A DNA stretch of 64,000 bases, taken from contig NC_087436.1 in NCBI RefSeq assembly GCF_036321535.1, positions 100,690,001 to 100,754,000 of the forward strand. Reading direction: 5' to 3'. Origin of the DNA: Camelus dromedarius (taxonomy: Eukaryota). This document shows positions 50,400 through 63,427 of the stretch, in pieces; the stretch's first letter is position 1; each line of letters begins with the position of its first letter. The position numbers and the translations under genes are program-made. The notes beneath the pieces were generated by a model. The model was not told where the DNA came from. It was given only the letters and a program-made list of their open reading frames with translations, and did not search any database.

Positions 50400-51520
50400 A
50401 TTCCCAGTTTTGCTAGAGTAGACTAAAACAACAGGAAAACAGAATGATGTAGTTCCTTAGAAAAAAAGACACAAGTGATGTAAGTGACCACTACTTCCAC
50501 ATTTTTAAGTGTTCTTATTACATAGCCTGAAGCATTGCATCAGCTTTCCACAAGCCATTAAAAAAAAGGTTGGAAGCACGGTTATTTGTGGTCTGCTTTT
50601 CGGCTTTCATTGAACACAGTTAAAATTTACAATTTGTTATTTTCTGCTCTTATAGTCAAAGAAAAGTAAATTTTATCAGTAGAAGACATTTTACAATAAT
50701 TAGATGAGTCAGAAGATGAATGCAAAACACAGAAAGCACTGAGCCTAGCCTAGATTCTACGGTTGGTGAAATCAATTATATAAATGAAATTTCAGACTAT
50801 GTGCCTTTAGATAATGATGCCTTGCATGAATTTTCTCAAACTCAATGTGTGAAAATATATGTCTAAAAACAAAACAAAACAAAATGTGTCATCCTTTTTA
50901 GGCAGTCATTCAACAGAAAGAACTTCATCATGTGGTGTTTGGTTACAATTGCCTGGACCATACCATTTTATTAAAAGATAATGAGACAGCATTCTTTCAT
51001 CTTTATGATGAAATTTTAATTAAAATTTTATGATGAAAATATGATGTTTTTTTCTTTTTTTTTTATGATGTCCATGTGCCAACATTTACTTGACAAAGTT
51101 TGTAAGTGGACAAATGCTGAATTTAAGTGAGTACACAAACAGGCTAAAAGGAAATAGATAATTTAGGAATAAAATAAATAATCGGCAAAGTCATTTTAAA
51201 TATTGTTTATAAATCTACAAATTAAAATGTTTTGCAGTTATGGAACAAAGAAGATGGCATGTTCTATGCAACAAAATTATGAGCTATCCAAGGTTTCAAA
51301 ATATTTGTCAAGTATTTTGTTTTGATGATGCAAATGTAAGAACAAGAAGTAGAAATAATGATAAGCGAGTACTCTTTAGAGATGTGCTTGAAATTGGGAA
51401 GTGACGTAAGTTTCAGTGTCATGAATGAAAACAGAGAGGAGTTAGCTGCATTCAAAGGATACTTCATTTTGGAGGTGTATAAATTCGAAAATAGGAAAAA
51501 ATGTTATAAATGTAATAGGT
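50400..51520 (+). mobile_element. piggyBac-family transposon fossil (Looper-like) with a degenerate transposase
   Basis: Acidic N-terminal remnant (LDESEDEC, ~50700), KWTNAE (~51104), LQLWNKEDG (~51232), FDDA (~51320) and EELAAFKG (~51435; cf. piggyBac VDE.LV.FKG). Stops and frameshifts throughout. Confidence 0.8.
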
Positions 51521-51539
51521 TTAAATTTAAATTTAAATA

Positions 51540-52100
51540 ATCAGCCTGGGGATACTCACTCTGCTCTGAGTCCCACCCAGTAGAAAACTCATTCTGGCCC
51601 TCTTCTGGCCACATCTCACCCGTGGATCAAGGAGTTGACAGGGCCAAGGACTGGGTCCCTCAGCCCCAGAAAGCTCTTCCCAAACAGCCCAAACTTCTAA
51701 GACCGTCAGAGGTCTCCTCTCTGAGACCATTCTCTGAAAAGTAGATCATGTCATGCATGTCACACCCCAAGACTTAAGAATAACCAAGGAAAAGGCTGTC
51801 TGAGGGGGCGTGGATTGACTTAAATGCATGGCCTGGGTTTCAGTCTGTGTGCACAGGGTCATCCCTGGTGGACCTTGGAGCTGTGACTAGGAAGAAAAGG
51901 GAGTGAGGTGAAACTGTGTGCTAGCTCTGTCCACGTGTTACAAAGTCTAGATTCAACCTGTCCTTCCCAGTCTCCACAAAGGCGTATTTGTCAGGATGTG
52001 ATATTTATTGTCTTGATTTATAACCTTTAAGGATTAAGACATTTGCTAGTGGACTTCCATTTATAGTTTTACTTTGAGATTCACAAATGTTAAGTGAAAA
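51540..52100. mobile_element. hAT-Tip100 (MER115/Zaphod-like) fossil
   Basis: GC-richer block ending 'aaggcgtatttgtcagg..cttgatttataacctttaa..ttccattt..cacaaatgttaag', similar to the recalled MER115 end. Confidence 0.5.
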
Positions 52101-52669
52101 CTCAGCGGAAAGAATCATAACACATACATCAAAAATATTTAATTTTTTTCCATTAGTCTCTTGACCCCTGTGTAAATATATCTACCTCCTTCTCAGGGAA
52201 TAATTCTGAAAAATACTTTGACAGAGACAACCACAGCCTTTCTCCTTATACATTTCTACCAAGCAATGGCAATGGATGTTTGCTTGTTTAAGTAAGACAG
52301 GCTTTTGAAACTGTAATTTAGAGAAGAAAAGTGTTCTATACCTTTTCCAAAATGTCCATAAGTAGCCTCTTAAGGGGAAAAATTACTGATGGCATCTCCC
52401 TTTAAAAAAAAAAAAAAGTGTTCTGCTGCATGAAGCAGCTTGGTAGAGAAGACTGATGAAGGAGATTGAGGCAAGAAATGAGAGGAGGGAAAAGCAAAAG
52501 AAGAAGGAGAAATGGAGGAAGACAGAAAGGGAGAAGCTAAAAGATTAGATCTTTAACACTGACCTTACCTATGTCATGAAGTTACTAAATAATGGTGAAA
52601 CAAGCAACTCACTTTTGAATTTCTCTAATCCACTGGTGGGGGTAAATTATTTTCAAAAAATAAACCAGG

Positions 52670-53330
52670 ATTAAAAATCAAGATTCTTGGATTTCCAGCC
52701 CTGCAGTGATATGTTCTGACCTTGGACTATGTCATTTTAATTCTACAAGGCTCAATTTATAATCTTGTTTTTTTTTAATATATGCTGATAAAAGTAATAT
52801 ATGCATATTCTGGAAAGTTTTGAAAATGAATAATGGTATAAAAAGAAAATATAAATCACCCACCTAGAGATAACCACTATTAACATTTTGATATATTTCT
52901 TCTATTCTTTTCTTCTAATGAGTGTGCCTGTTTACATCCTTTTCTTCCATTTAAACTTGGGAGCCTTTTCACATCTCCTAAATATTCCTTTGGAGTACCA
53001 TTTTATTGTATGAATAAATATGCCAACACACATTCTGTAATGTATTTATCCTTTCTCATATTTTGGACATTTAGATGGCTTCCAAATTTTTTACTGTTAT
53101 ATATGATAGTCAGATGAAAATCTCTATACGTAAATCACTGAGTTTATGATGACTTACTTAGGCTATATTCCATAAAAAGAGGATTAGAGAGTCATAAAAT
53201 GTGACCTTTCTGACAAGCACTTGATAGGAATTCCCAAATTGCTCAAGCCTCAGTTTATTGGTAAAATGAGAAGCTTGCATTAGATGATTTCAAAGGTGCT
53301 TCTCTCAGCTGTAAAACTGTATGACTCTAT
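52670..53330 (+). mobile_element. MIR3-like SINE split by an L1ME insertion
   Basis: Left half 'tgaccttggactatgtcattt'; right half 'ctcagttt..gtaaaatgag..tagatgatttcaaaggt..tatgactctatg'. Confidence 0.6.
52765..53245 (-). mobile_element. L1ME4-like 3' end
   Basis: 'cacctagagataaccactattaacattttgatatatt' motif; flanked by ctcaatttat/ctcagtttat. Confidence 0.75.
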
Positions 53331-53649
53331 GTCTTTTAGCCAGCTTACTATAGACTTCACATTAAGAAGTCTCTGATTCATTAATCATGTAATGTTCTCT
53401 GACACTTTATAATGATACCTCCAAACAATATTGTATCACTGCTATCTATATATTTTTATGCAGTGGATTGGAAGCTTGACTTATTAGTCTCCCTAAAGCT
53501 TACTGTGAGCCAAGGAATCAAGTCTAAATGGTCTATGTAAGGGTATGGAAGAAGCAAGACAGGGGACAGGGAAAAGCCGAACAAAGTTGTCATTGCAGGA
53601 AACATCTCAGGCTCAGTCTAATGTCACCACCTGCTAGAGGACTGACCCC

Positions 53650-53980
53650 ATTCATTGTGCTCTAATCATTGCCTTCCCTTTCTCTCCAACTTCAGTTTTG
53701 TTCTGGCTCCAGCTGCACTAAATCTTTTCACTTCTTCAAAAATGCTTACCTCTTTCCTGCCTCAGGCCCTTTGCATCTGCTAGGTCCTCTCTCTGTGAGG
53801 CTCTTCTACTTTTTACGTGGCTAAGCTCCTCATATCTCAGAACTCAGCAGTATTGCTGTTTCCTCGTCGGTCACCTGGCATCTCTCTGTAGTAGATACCC
53901 ACTGCCATGTGGCCTTTAGTGTGTCTACCTCATGATAATGATCATATTTTAGTGACTTTTTTGGTTCACTTACCTCCTTT
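53650..53980 (+). mobile_element. L2 fragment
   Basis: 'cctgcctcaggccctttgcatctgct..tctcagaactcagc'. Confidence 0.55.
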
Positions 53981-54037
53981 TGTTTGGATTTTAACTTTTT
54001 ATTTAGAAATAAAATAAAATTTATTACAGAATTATAG

Positions 54038-54810
54038 TAAACAGCCACTTTGAAGACACTTTGGCAGTTTCTTGCAAAACGAAACATACTTTTACCATAT
54101 GATCCAGCCATGCTCTTTGGTATTTACCCAAAGAAGTCAAAAACTTGTATTTACACCAAACCTGCACACAGATGTTCATAGCAGTTTTATTCATAATTGC
54201 CAACACTTGGATGCAACCAAGAGGTTTTTCAGTTAGTGAATAGATCAATAAATTATGGCATATCCAGGCAGTGGAGTATTATTCAGCTCTAAAAAGAAAC
54301 GAGCTATTAAGCCAAGAAAAAACATAGAGGAACTTTAAATGCATGTGATTAAGAATAAAAAAACAATCTGAAAAGGCTACAAATTGTATGATTCCAATTA
54401 CATGACATTGTGGAAAAGGCAAAACTGTGGAAACAGTAAAAAAATGAGTGGTTGCCAGAGATTTTGGGGAATGGTGAGATAAATAGGCAGAGAATAGATA
54501 ATTCTTAGGTCAATGAAACTATTCTGCATGGTAGTATTATGGTAGATACATGTCAGACATTTGTCAAAAAACCGATGGACTGGAACACCAAGATGGAAGG
54601 TAATATAAAGTACACCCAATGGAAAGTCTGGACTTTGGGTGATAACGATCTGTCAGTGTAGGTCTGCCATTGTAACAAATGTACCCCTTTAGTGGGGGAT
54701 GGTGATGCAGGGAGGTTGTGCAGGGAGTATATGCAAATTCTCTGTACTTTCTGCCCAATCTTACTGTGAACCTAAAATGGCTCCAGAAAATAAACTCTTT
54801 TTTTTAAAAA
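54038..54810 (+). mobile_element. L1MC1-like 3' end
   Basis: 'cagccactttgaagac..accatatgatccagc', 'tggactttgggtgataa' and 'actgtgaacctaaaa..aaataaa'. Confidence 0.85.
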
Positions 54811-56063
54811 AGTTATTAGCATAGGACAAATAATTTCCACATACCCTTTAACCAGATTCCCCAATTGTCAACATTTTATCACATTTTACCTTATTATTCC
54901 CTCATCTATATTTATGCATAATTCTTTTCTGAACCATTTGAGAGTCACTTGCCGACCTGATGCCCCCTTATCCCTTCATAGTTCAATGGCTATTTCATAC
55001 AACAGCACTCTCCTACACAACAACAGAACAATCCAATCAGGAAATTAACAATGATACATTTCAATCAAATCCATTTAAACATAACTGTCATTTTCCCCCA
55101 TAGGTCCAGGATCTAATCCATCATCACATGCTATACCTGGTGTCATTCTCTTTAGTTTTATTCAATACAGAACAGGTCTTCACTCTTTCCTTCTCATTTG
55201 CTATCTTCACATTTTTGAAATCTACAGGCCAATCACTTTGTAGAATGTCCCTCAATTCAAGTTGATGTGATGCTTCCTCACAGTTATGTCCAGATCTAGT
55301 ATTTTTATCAGGAAAATCATTGAGGTGCTGCTGAGTTCTTTTCAATGCATCACACAAGAGACACAAATGCTGCTCTGTCCTATGGTTGGTAAGATTAACT
55401 TTTATCTCTGAAGCATGAGAGTGTCTGTAAAGTTTCTCCACTATAAAGTTAAAAATGATTTTGTACTTTCTAACTGGTAAATAATTGATAATTATTTTGT
55501 GAAATACATTTTGAGAAAATATATTTTTCTTTGTAAAAATTTTATCCCTTTGATTTAACATTGATTATTACTTGCCTGAAACAATTATTACTATGATAAT
55601 TTCCAAACAATAGTTTCCTAATCTTGCCATTAATTATATTTATTCATTATTATTCCATTGTATAGTAAAGCATTCCCTTCTCCTTTTAAAATTGTATTTA
55701 TGTACTTGTTTCTTTTTAAATCTGTATTTGTATGACCTTAGAGATTCTTATTTCATACAGTGAGTTATGATATGTTACTACCTTGCTTTATTTTGACGCT
55801 TAAATTGTCCCAAATTGGGTCAATGGAATTCTCTTCAAGCCAGTTTTTGTATCTTTTTAATCTAATTTTTTTTGTGAGAGCCATTCCTTAGCTTCTGCTG
55901 TTCTCCCTCTCTAGTTCTGAAACAGCTGTTTCTCCAAAGAGTCTTGGTTTGTTTTAGTCGAGAATAGCATTTAAAAAACAAGGTCAAAGTGCTAAGTGTG
56001 AACATTGCTTCTAAGTTCTCCGAATTGACAGAGAAAGAAAATACATATGCTAAGTGAATATCT

Positions 56064-56090
56064 GCGCGCACACACACACACACACACACA
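56064..56090. repeat. (GC)3(AC)n dinucleotide repeat
   Basis: Read directly from the sequence. Confidence 0.9.
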
Positions 56091-56657
56091 CTTATTTGTA
56101 TCTATCCAGCCATCGATAGATCCATCTAAAACCATGATTTCTCATGGATACCTCCAGTTCAAATTCAACAGGACAAGGTTTATTTTTGCCCCTCCTCCCC
56201 CTCCACGTCTGTGTAGTAACTCCTTTTCCATGAGAAACCTGGCTTTGGTTATCTTCAATCACTTTACATATTTATTCAACCTTAGCCCATGCTTGTAACC
56301 AATTTCCTAATAATATAAAGCTCTGCCAACCAAAATTTGTGTTTCAACCAAGGGGGGATGAGATAGACAGACAGATAGATAGCCCATTCTGGTGGGCTCT
56401 TCCCCACCAGAATGCATCCTTAATCAAGGTCATGGTAGTTTACCCAATACAGAGTTCACATAGGTGCTCAATTATATTTCTTAAATCAAGGAATAAACAC
56501 TTTTACACACGTTCTAAAAGTCCATCATTACTCTGTGATGATTTCACCTGAAACAAGTAGATTTTTGTAATAATTTTACACAATAATCCAGTTTTCTAGT
56601 TGCATAGATACTTAATAACTTTTTACTGAATAATTAATAGAATTAAAGTTCTGATTT

Positions 56658-56749
56658 GTATGCTTATAATTATTTTTTGGCCACTTGTCTTACTTGTTTC
56701 CACGTATGCTTATAATTATTTTTTGGCCACTTGTCTTACTTGTTTCCAC
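56658..56749. repeat. Perfect 46-bp tandem duplication
   Basis: gtatgcttataattattttttggccacttgtcttacttgtttccac occurs twice with no mismatch. Confidence 0.97.
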
Positions 56750-56959
56750 CCTTCCCTGGAAAGAATCAACAATTTGCTTAATATTCCAATGGATTCCAGT
56801 AATTTTATTGGAAAAAAAAGTATGTTTTTAGAGCATTTATTGGATTGCTGCAATATCCTGGCTATTATGAAATGGATCATCTACTGAAACATTGAGAAAA
56901 AGCCCTGGGGGAATTGCAGGATAGTCTAGAAAGAAAAAAGGATGAATAGCCAAGATAAG

Positions 56960-57180
56960 CAATTGCTACCATATCCTGAGCCTTGTCTCTATAATAAGTA
57001 CTAAACTGGGCATTTTAGTTATACATCCCCTGTACAGTAGCTATATACGATTATATAAAGATGAAGAAAATACAGGGAGAGATCTAATAACCTGTACAAG
57101 GTCGCCCAGCAACTGAGGGACACAAGCAGAATTGAAACACAGGCACATCTAACTCCAAAACTGGTGCATTTAATACTCTC
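56960..57180 (-). mobile_element. MIR
   Basis: 'taaagatgaagaaaatacagg..taataacctgtacaaggtcgcccagc..gaattgaaacacaggc..tctaactccaaaa'. Confidence 0.75.
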
Positions 57181-57649
57181 TTTGAAATAATAAAAACCAC
57201 AGTGCCGAATACTATTTGCCAGATTGTGACAGGTAAAATCTTGTCCATATCTTCTTTTGGACTCAAATCTTAACCATACTTAAAAAACCCTTTTTTCCTC
57301 AAGGCATTCACTGGAAAAAATCCTGGCAAGCCTCATAGAGAAAAACATAACTTAGGTTATAAATTTAAACATGGATGCAAGATTAATGGGAAAGGCAGAC
57401 ATAAGAGAAAGCATCAGACGGGAAAGGGGTCATGCATTTGGAGCTTGATTAGAAGTGCCTGGAGCTAAATGCCCTTGGCCCAGCCCTAGTCACTCTTCAT
57501 TTCAACGTGACACCTCAACCATACAGTTATTACAAAAATAGGAAACCTAGACTGGTATGGCTTGCATTTATTTATTTCTATAATGAAAGAGCGAGCATGA
57601 CAGAGAGAGAGAGGCATTGAGATTCTAATAGAAGTATAAGAACTGTGAT

Positions 57650-58045
57650 TCATCCACCCTGGACTCCTTTATGTTCAGGTGAACCAAGTCCTCTCCAGCT
57701 TCAAGGTCTCTGGATGTGCTGATCACACATCCTAGATCAATTCCTCTGCTCCTGCACGATCTCCTTTATATCATCTGGGCCCCAGAAATAACCATTTCCA
57801 CAGCTGGGTCTTCTCTTCAAAACCTATCAAAGTACAATCCCCTCCCTAACTCCCAGCCCCTGTTACTTTATAAATCAAAGTGAGACATAAGACATTGCAT
57901 TGGTTTATTTATAGTGATTATCATATTCTTTAATCACTTTTAATTTTTTGCTTGTTTTTTTCATTCCTACGTTGATGAGTTCTCTCATATGTTTTGAAAT
58001 TATATATTTAGTTCCTCAGAATTTAACATGTCTGAGATAGCCAGG
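57650..58045 (+). mobile_element. L2 fragment
   Basis: Pyrimidine-rich L2 body motifs, highly degraded. Confidence 0.45.
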
Positions 58046-59129
58046 TAGATAGCTGGAGATATAATACATATGTAATTATAGTTAATACGAATAATTAACT
58101 CAATATAATTAATTCTCAATATAATTCAATTAATGGAAGAGTCTACCAATTCTTTGCCTTTAAAATGTTTCAAAAAGTGGAAATATTAAATTAAGACTAC
58201 TAGGTATATTATTTGTACAAATGCAACATATATTCCTTTAGGTCTACATGGCATCATCTTAGGCACAGTAACATCAACAGAAAACATCTACTCAGAAATG
58301 TAAAAATCAACTTCTGAATTAATGCTATAAACTATTGCATCTAGAAAAATAAGTAGTTTTTCTTTTCTAGCATATTTGTCATTTTTAATATTATAACTGA
58401 AAATGATATAAGAAAATTATAGGCTAAAAGAAAACAAATCCATCTCGGGTTATGTCCTTGGTAATTTCAAAGGCTGTGACTTCAACTGACAACTTCATGT
58501 AATTAGTCTGAGAAATTTCATGGTTAGGCAACGTCTGATTTAGGGGCTTATTGTTATCAAGATTCCTAAAACATGAATAAAAATGAAACTATAGTATAGC
58601 TGTTGATAATTTACTTGTTAAAACCATGCAAGTTTGTAGCTCTAAAAACATGATTAAAAGGGAATTGTGCATCACTTATAAAAGTCTTAATTGGGCAAAA
58701 GTTCTGCGAAACTCAAGATAATCCTTTTATTTAATCCATGGAAATTAAGAATTGAGGGAATAATGCCAACACTGATATGTCTAAAAATGAAAAAAAAAAG
58801 TTTTCTCAAAATTCTATTTTAAAATGTTTTAGTATTTATTTTCTCAAATTCTATGCCACTTTTCTGGTTTTCCATAAACTAAAAATCTATTAAGAATTAA
58901 TAAAATTTTGAACAATGTATTATGTAAAGATACTTCCTATAGAAAATACTGTGGGATCTATATAATCTAAATTTGTTTGACCATATAACTCAAATGGGCC
59001 TAGTTATCACTGTCTTCTACTTACTTTGTGAAATAGGATAACACAGATTCCAATGACAATTGTTAAATAATTGTCTTTGAAATTAGCATTTTCTATAGAT
59101 TGTCATTTCCCCCTGAAAAACTTGATTGT

Positions 59130-59648
59130 TTCTATCAATGAGGTTGATTTCAACTGCAAGTGATAGAAAACCATAACTTGACTAATTTAAACACTAAGAA
59201 AAAGTATTATCTCACATTAAAAAAAATTCAAAGGTACGTTAATTCAGCAGTTTACTAACATTATCAAGGACTTAGTTTCTTTCTATTGTCTTTATGCCAA
59301 CCTCATATGTTGGCTTAATCTAAAAGTGTATTCCACTCATGGTTACAAAATGGCTGCCAAGGACCACGGGCCTGCTGGGCTCAGGGCTTCTATCATATTT
59401 ATACGGGTCATCCAAGAAGGGTCTCTATACATGACCTTGAGTAAATCTGATTCCATACCCATTCCTAAACTTATGACAGGCAAGAGAAATATAATTACTC
59501 GATTATAATGGATTCATCAGGATTGACCCCTGAAAGAAGGACAGGGTCACAATCTAGTGGGATAGATTCTTGAAAAATTCAGGGTTGTGTAAACAAGAAA
59601 TAATGGAGGAGAGAGCTATCGGACAGGCAACAAAGTGTATCTGCTTCA
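59130..59648 (-). mobile_element. MLT1K-like LTR
   Basis: 'caactgcaagtgatagaaaacc', 'ctcatggttacaaaatggctgcc' and end 'ggcaacaaagtgtatctgcttca'. Confidence 0.7.
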
Positions 59649-60989
59649 GTGACTCTGAAGTGAATACATACAATAACAAAAAAGAAATTTGATAAATCCA
59701 ATATTCTAGAAAAGGGTGCAATTTGCTCTAAGGTAGTGACAGGGTTACTAAATGAGACTACACTGCTTTCCAGCCATCAGTTGACTCTCTGTTAATTTTC
59801 ATCACTGGGTTTCTCCTGCTGGCAACAGCATTTTAAGCTGCACCCCAGAGAAGTCAAAAATTGCCTTCAGTCTTCATTAATATGCGGTATGTATTTGAGT
59901 AGTTTTGTTATTTGTATATTTTGCTGATATTTATACTCAGTTCATTATGAACTTTTATAGGTGAGAATATATGATTTACAGTATTGACTGTGGCTCTGTA
60001 ATGGTTTTATTATGCAAGCACAGTTAAGGTAATAAAAATATAGCACCACCTCACCTTGAGAGCCTCTTGCCGTCGCTGAGGCTTTTATTAAATTTTCTGT
60101 GGCTCTAGTAGTTAGCTCCAGTGACCTGATTTCCCCATGGAACAAGATTCTGGGGGTTTCTTCATGGTAGATGAGATGATACAATTCCCCTCTGCCCATT
60201 GCTGGATGTCGTGGTTTCTGAAACCAGATCTGAAACATCAGAGGTTATTTTTGCTGAATGTCACACACTAGCACGTTTGTCCAGCTACAATGAAAAACCC
60301 TTTAACATTGAAGATGTGCTTTATTCCAATGACATTTCAGGAAATGAAATTCAAATTTTCTGGCAGTGAGCTGTACTTTTTGGGAGTCGGCTTCTTCCGA
60401 ATTTTCTTGCATCACATATAAAAGGTCAACTGTGGATAAAACTGGATGGCAGTCATTTATCATACTTCTCACTCTGCAAATCTAATGGTTAACATAATCA
60501 AAAGGTTTTCAACTTAAATCTTTGCCCTTTCTTGGTTCTCAATGTTTCAATGCTATGTTACCTTCTATAATCACAAAGAAAAATCTCTGTGAAAGAAAGT
60601 ATGTTTATTGCAACATTTTTATATTCAGTTTCATATATTTTGCAAACCAATTTCATGAAAACATATGGAACTTGAAACAAGACTTTTTATGGAGACACAT
60701 ATTCCTAAAATGTTACGTATATTTTTAAGACATTTTGTAGATTGAAGTTTGAAAGCTGTACATACCCTGAAACTCCAAATAATAAATATCTCCCCTTCTT
60801 AGTAGCAAGAGAAAATAGTAAGAGTATGCCTTATCCATATTTTCTGAATTAAGATCATCCTACCTACATTGAACTCTGCATAATATTCCATCTGTGCTTT
60901 TATGAAATATGAAAAATATGGTAAAGTACATGTCTTCCCCTCCATTCAGCTTTTTGGCAATGGCTAATAATGGTTCAGCTGATTTTCAG

Positions 60990-61130
60990 TTTAGTTCCAC
61001 AACCGTTTATTGAGTGTATACCCAGAGCCTCACATGGTGCTAGGTGTTCTGGGAAATAGAAAATGAGTAATAACAAGAAGTTTATGTGTCAAGAAGGGAG
61101 ATAAAAAACAGACAGGTAGAATTCATTTAA
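60990..61130 (-). mobile_element. L2 3' end fragment
   Basis: 'tttattgagtgtata..atggtgctaggtgttctggg'. Confidence 0.55.
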
Positions 61131-61240
61131 GTCTACCAAGGCAGCCTTTAATAAGAGACATAAATGGTCTATGAGTTTCCTCATAAGATTCCTGTCTCTA
61201 TCACTCACTACCGGTATAATTGCATGAGACACTTTGTCAC

Positions 61241-62175
61241 TGTTTAGTGGATCACAGCAGTAGTTTGGTTAGCATTAGAGGGTGGGGTCTGGCAAGTTGC
61301 TCTTAAAGCTAGGAAATAAGGAAGATGATATTTCCCCTGGAGAATTAAATCTTGGTATAAAACCAAAGGAAGGGAGAGAGTCTCTGGGCAGTAGGACTCT
61401 TGAAAATGCCAATATATAACTGAACGATTTGTTGTATCAAAAAGGGAGCCCATGGAGAGAATCAGCGACACTTAAGTTCAGTGCTTAATTCGGCCATTGG
61501 CTAAGAGACTGGATGTTTTATGCGCATTACTTATGGGAACGCGAATATTTCCGATTCTAGTGCCCAGATTACCGCAAGGACAGACCTGAATATCAATCAC
61601 AGGAGTCAGTAAACATCACTTCCCATAGTGACAAGATAGTACATGTCATCAGACGGCTCTGGCTAGCTAACTTAACCTGATACCGGTAAACATTCAACAC
61701 AACCAATTCCCCTTATTTTGAGTTTTTGCTCCATACGTAATTTTTAATTCCCATGAAACAACTTCCTAAGAAGTGTTCATTACCCATTTTTTATATTTCT
61801 TATCCCTGTATACTTGAATGCTCATAGAAAATCCAAGACATAGTTTCTTATTGATTATACGGGTCTTCCCCCTTGGCATTTGGTGACAAAGACATTCTGA
61901 TACACATGGCAGCAGTGTCACTCTGGTGTCTCTCTCAGCCTCACTAGGTTTTAGTTAAGTGTGATTCATTCAGCCACCACGTAGGGCTAAGTCTTCCCTG
62001 CATAGTTACTAAATTTTGTCTGGATTTTTAAAGAACCGCATTCCATCAGCCTTTCCTGGGCCCAAGGACTGTGGCCATTTGCAGATGCACGTCCCTCTCT
62101 GCTCATCTCCCCAACTGGCAAGCTGCTAAATTTCTGGTTATTTGACTCCTCCAGTTTTCACTTGCATCTGTTACA
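61241..62175 (-). mobile_element. Possible ancient LTR-like element, family unassigned
   Basis: Compositionally distinct block with several CpGs, bounded by TG...TGTTACA. No diagnostic match recognised. Confidence 0.25.
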
Positions 62176-62689
62176 AAAGAACATATTTCATTGCTAAGCA
62201 TAGTCTAGCAAGTAAGTGACCCAGTTACATCAGTGAAAATATTAAAGAAAGAAAATGACTTCGGTGAATTCCTGGTACAAACATCTGTAAGGTAAACCCT
62301 ATTAGGACACCGACACCTGTATGCCTTCATTTGTTGTAACATATTTATTTATCATTCATTCCAGATGTGTACAAAATTTGTATTTATAATCACTGAGAAT
62401 TTGATTACCTGAAAGCCAATTTAAAGAGAATTATTTGTGGAGACAATATTAAATAAAATGTGAGGACAAAAACAAGACTAATGGCTATTTTCTGCAGGGT
62501 CAATGCAATATTTTCTTTTTGTCATAAGTGAAGGTGAAAACATTAGATAGTATTATGGACAATTAAAAATGGCAAGACATAGCTTATAATGGTGAAACAC
62601 TGCAAAGCCAAACAGGATTATAAAAAGAATAAAAGCCAACACAGGAGCAAAGCAACACAGGATAGTGGAAGAAAAAAATGTTAAATTGT

Positions 62690-62920
62690 ATCATCACCTA
62701 CACCTGGTTTAATACTTTATCTTGTTTGAGGCAACTAAAATAAATTTCTAAATCTCATTTTTGTTATATGTAAAATATAAATAATAGCACCTGCCTTATT
62801 TTATTAACATAAAAATTAAATTGTGGTATTTGCAAACTGCACTGTCAAGTGTCTAGCACTTGGCAAAATTCACTTAATGGTAAATACCAATATTATAAAT
62901 ACTTGCATCATAATAACTTC
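62690..62920 (+). mobile_element. MIR
   Basis: 'tctcattt..tgtaaaat..aataatagcacctgcctt..attaaattg..ctagcacttggca'. Confidence 0.65.
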
Positions 62921-63071
62921 TCTCAATAGTTTAAATATGTATTTCAGAAGATGGTTCCACTTCCCTAGCAGAAAACTTACTATGGATGGAGGTGCAATGT
63001 TGAAGACTTTAGAATTCAAGAACTTCTTGTTGTTGAGATGGGAAACTGTAGGTGTTTGAGGCATTTGGGGC

Positions 63072-63427
63072 TATCAAATTAATTATACAAGGAAATCATT
63101 AGACTTAAGTGGCCATGAGGCTTTAGTGGCCTCAGAAGGCAAACCCAAACCTAAGTCTGTAAATGCCTCAAAGTTAAGAAATCAAAACCTAAGGACAACC
63201 TATCACTAACAACCCACTAGACTTTCCCAAAAGAGGCAACCATTTGAGCTCTAGCCAATCTATTAATTTCCTTTCTTTGCTTCTGCAGCCTGTCTATAGA
63301 TCTTTTTCCTGCCTCTTGTCAGCAGATCACATCCAACCACTTCAGGTTTGGAACTGCCCCATTAGAATCAAATTCTGCACAAGTAAACTCTTAGAATTTG
63401 TAATATGCCTCGATTTATTTTTTAATA
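63072..63427 (+). mobile_element. MER57/LTR54-like ERV1 solo LTR
   Basis: 'cattagacttaagtggc', 'tagccaatc..tttcctttctttgcttc' and 'taaactcttagaattt..atgcctc'; perfect 4-bp TSD gggc at 63068-63071 and 63428-63431. Confidence 0.7.

Larger units (their letters stand above)
53985..56300 (-). mobile_element. L1MC4-like 3' region, interrupted by a sense L1MC1
   Basis: 'tttaaccagattccccaattgtcaacatttt', 'tttgtagaatgtccctcaatt' and 'aaattgtcccaaattgggtcaatgg'. Confidence 0.75.

Noticed and set aside
55124..55561. Longest ORF (145 aa)
   Set aside because: It lies wholly within L1MC 3'UTR sequence and has no recognisable domain.
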